The notes beneath the pieces were generated by a model. It was not told the origin of the DNA. It saw only the letters and a list, made by a program, of their open reading frames with translations, and searched no databases. Position numbers and translations under genes: made by a program. This document shows positions 63,885-64,000 of a stretch of DNA of 64,000 nucleotides, one piece after another; the stretch's first letter is position 1; the number at the start of each line of letters is the position of its first letter. Source of the DNA: Diadema antillarum (lineage: Eukaryota); assembly GCF_040938485.1 (NCBI RefSeq), contig NW_027271012.1:2418001-2482000 (forward strand), in the 5' to 3' direction.

Positions 63885-64000
63885 CTAAAACAAGACAAAC
63901 GAAAAAGAGGTTTCTACAAGAATCCCTACAGACTTCACAAACATTCACTTCTTACTTGGCCCAGTCAGACTTCAATTACGGAAATATCCTTGGTTCCAAG

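Overview
Eukaryotic, intron-rich, AT-rich genomic DNA. It is probably a marine invertebrate such as an echinoderm; that is an inference from gene style and repeat types. Four protein-coding genes can be reconstructed by hand. (1) A SPATA1-like gene (+) has 12 coding exons between <1 and 30547, with its 5' end upstream of the window. Its middle is greatly expanded (basic K/G exon, Asn-Pro repeat, ER/K helix) and it has an apparent one-base frameshift near 15890. (2) A two-exon cytosolic, inducible-type HSP70 (-, 43814-39705) has a TATA box and several heat-shock elements. (3) A two-exon alpha/beta-hydrolase (+, 50804-54073) has a four-segment hydrophobic insert inside the catalytic fold. (4) The last coding exon of an OXCT1/SCOT-like CoA-transferase (-, 63884-63747) is at the far end. 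The non-coding DNA holds many non-autonomous DNA transposons: a Helentron/DINE-like element with seven tandem RFX X-box motifs, a 3-kb foldback element just after the hydrolase stop codon, and Tc1/mariner-, Harbinger-, hAT- and Kolobok-like MITEs. There are also microsatellites and one 133-N assembly gap. All calls come from reading the sequence and recalling family motifs; no database search was run.
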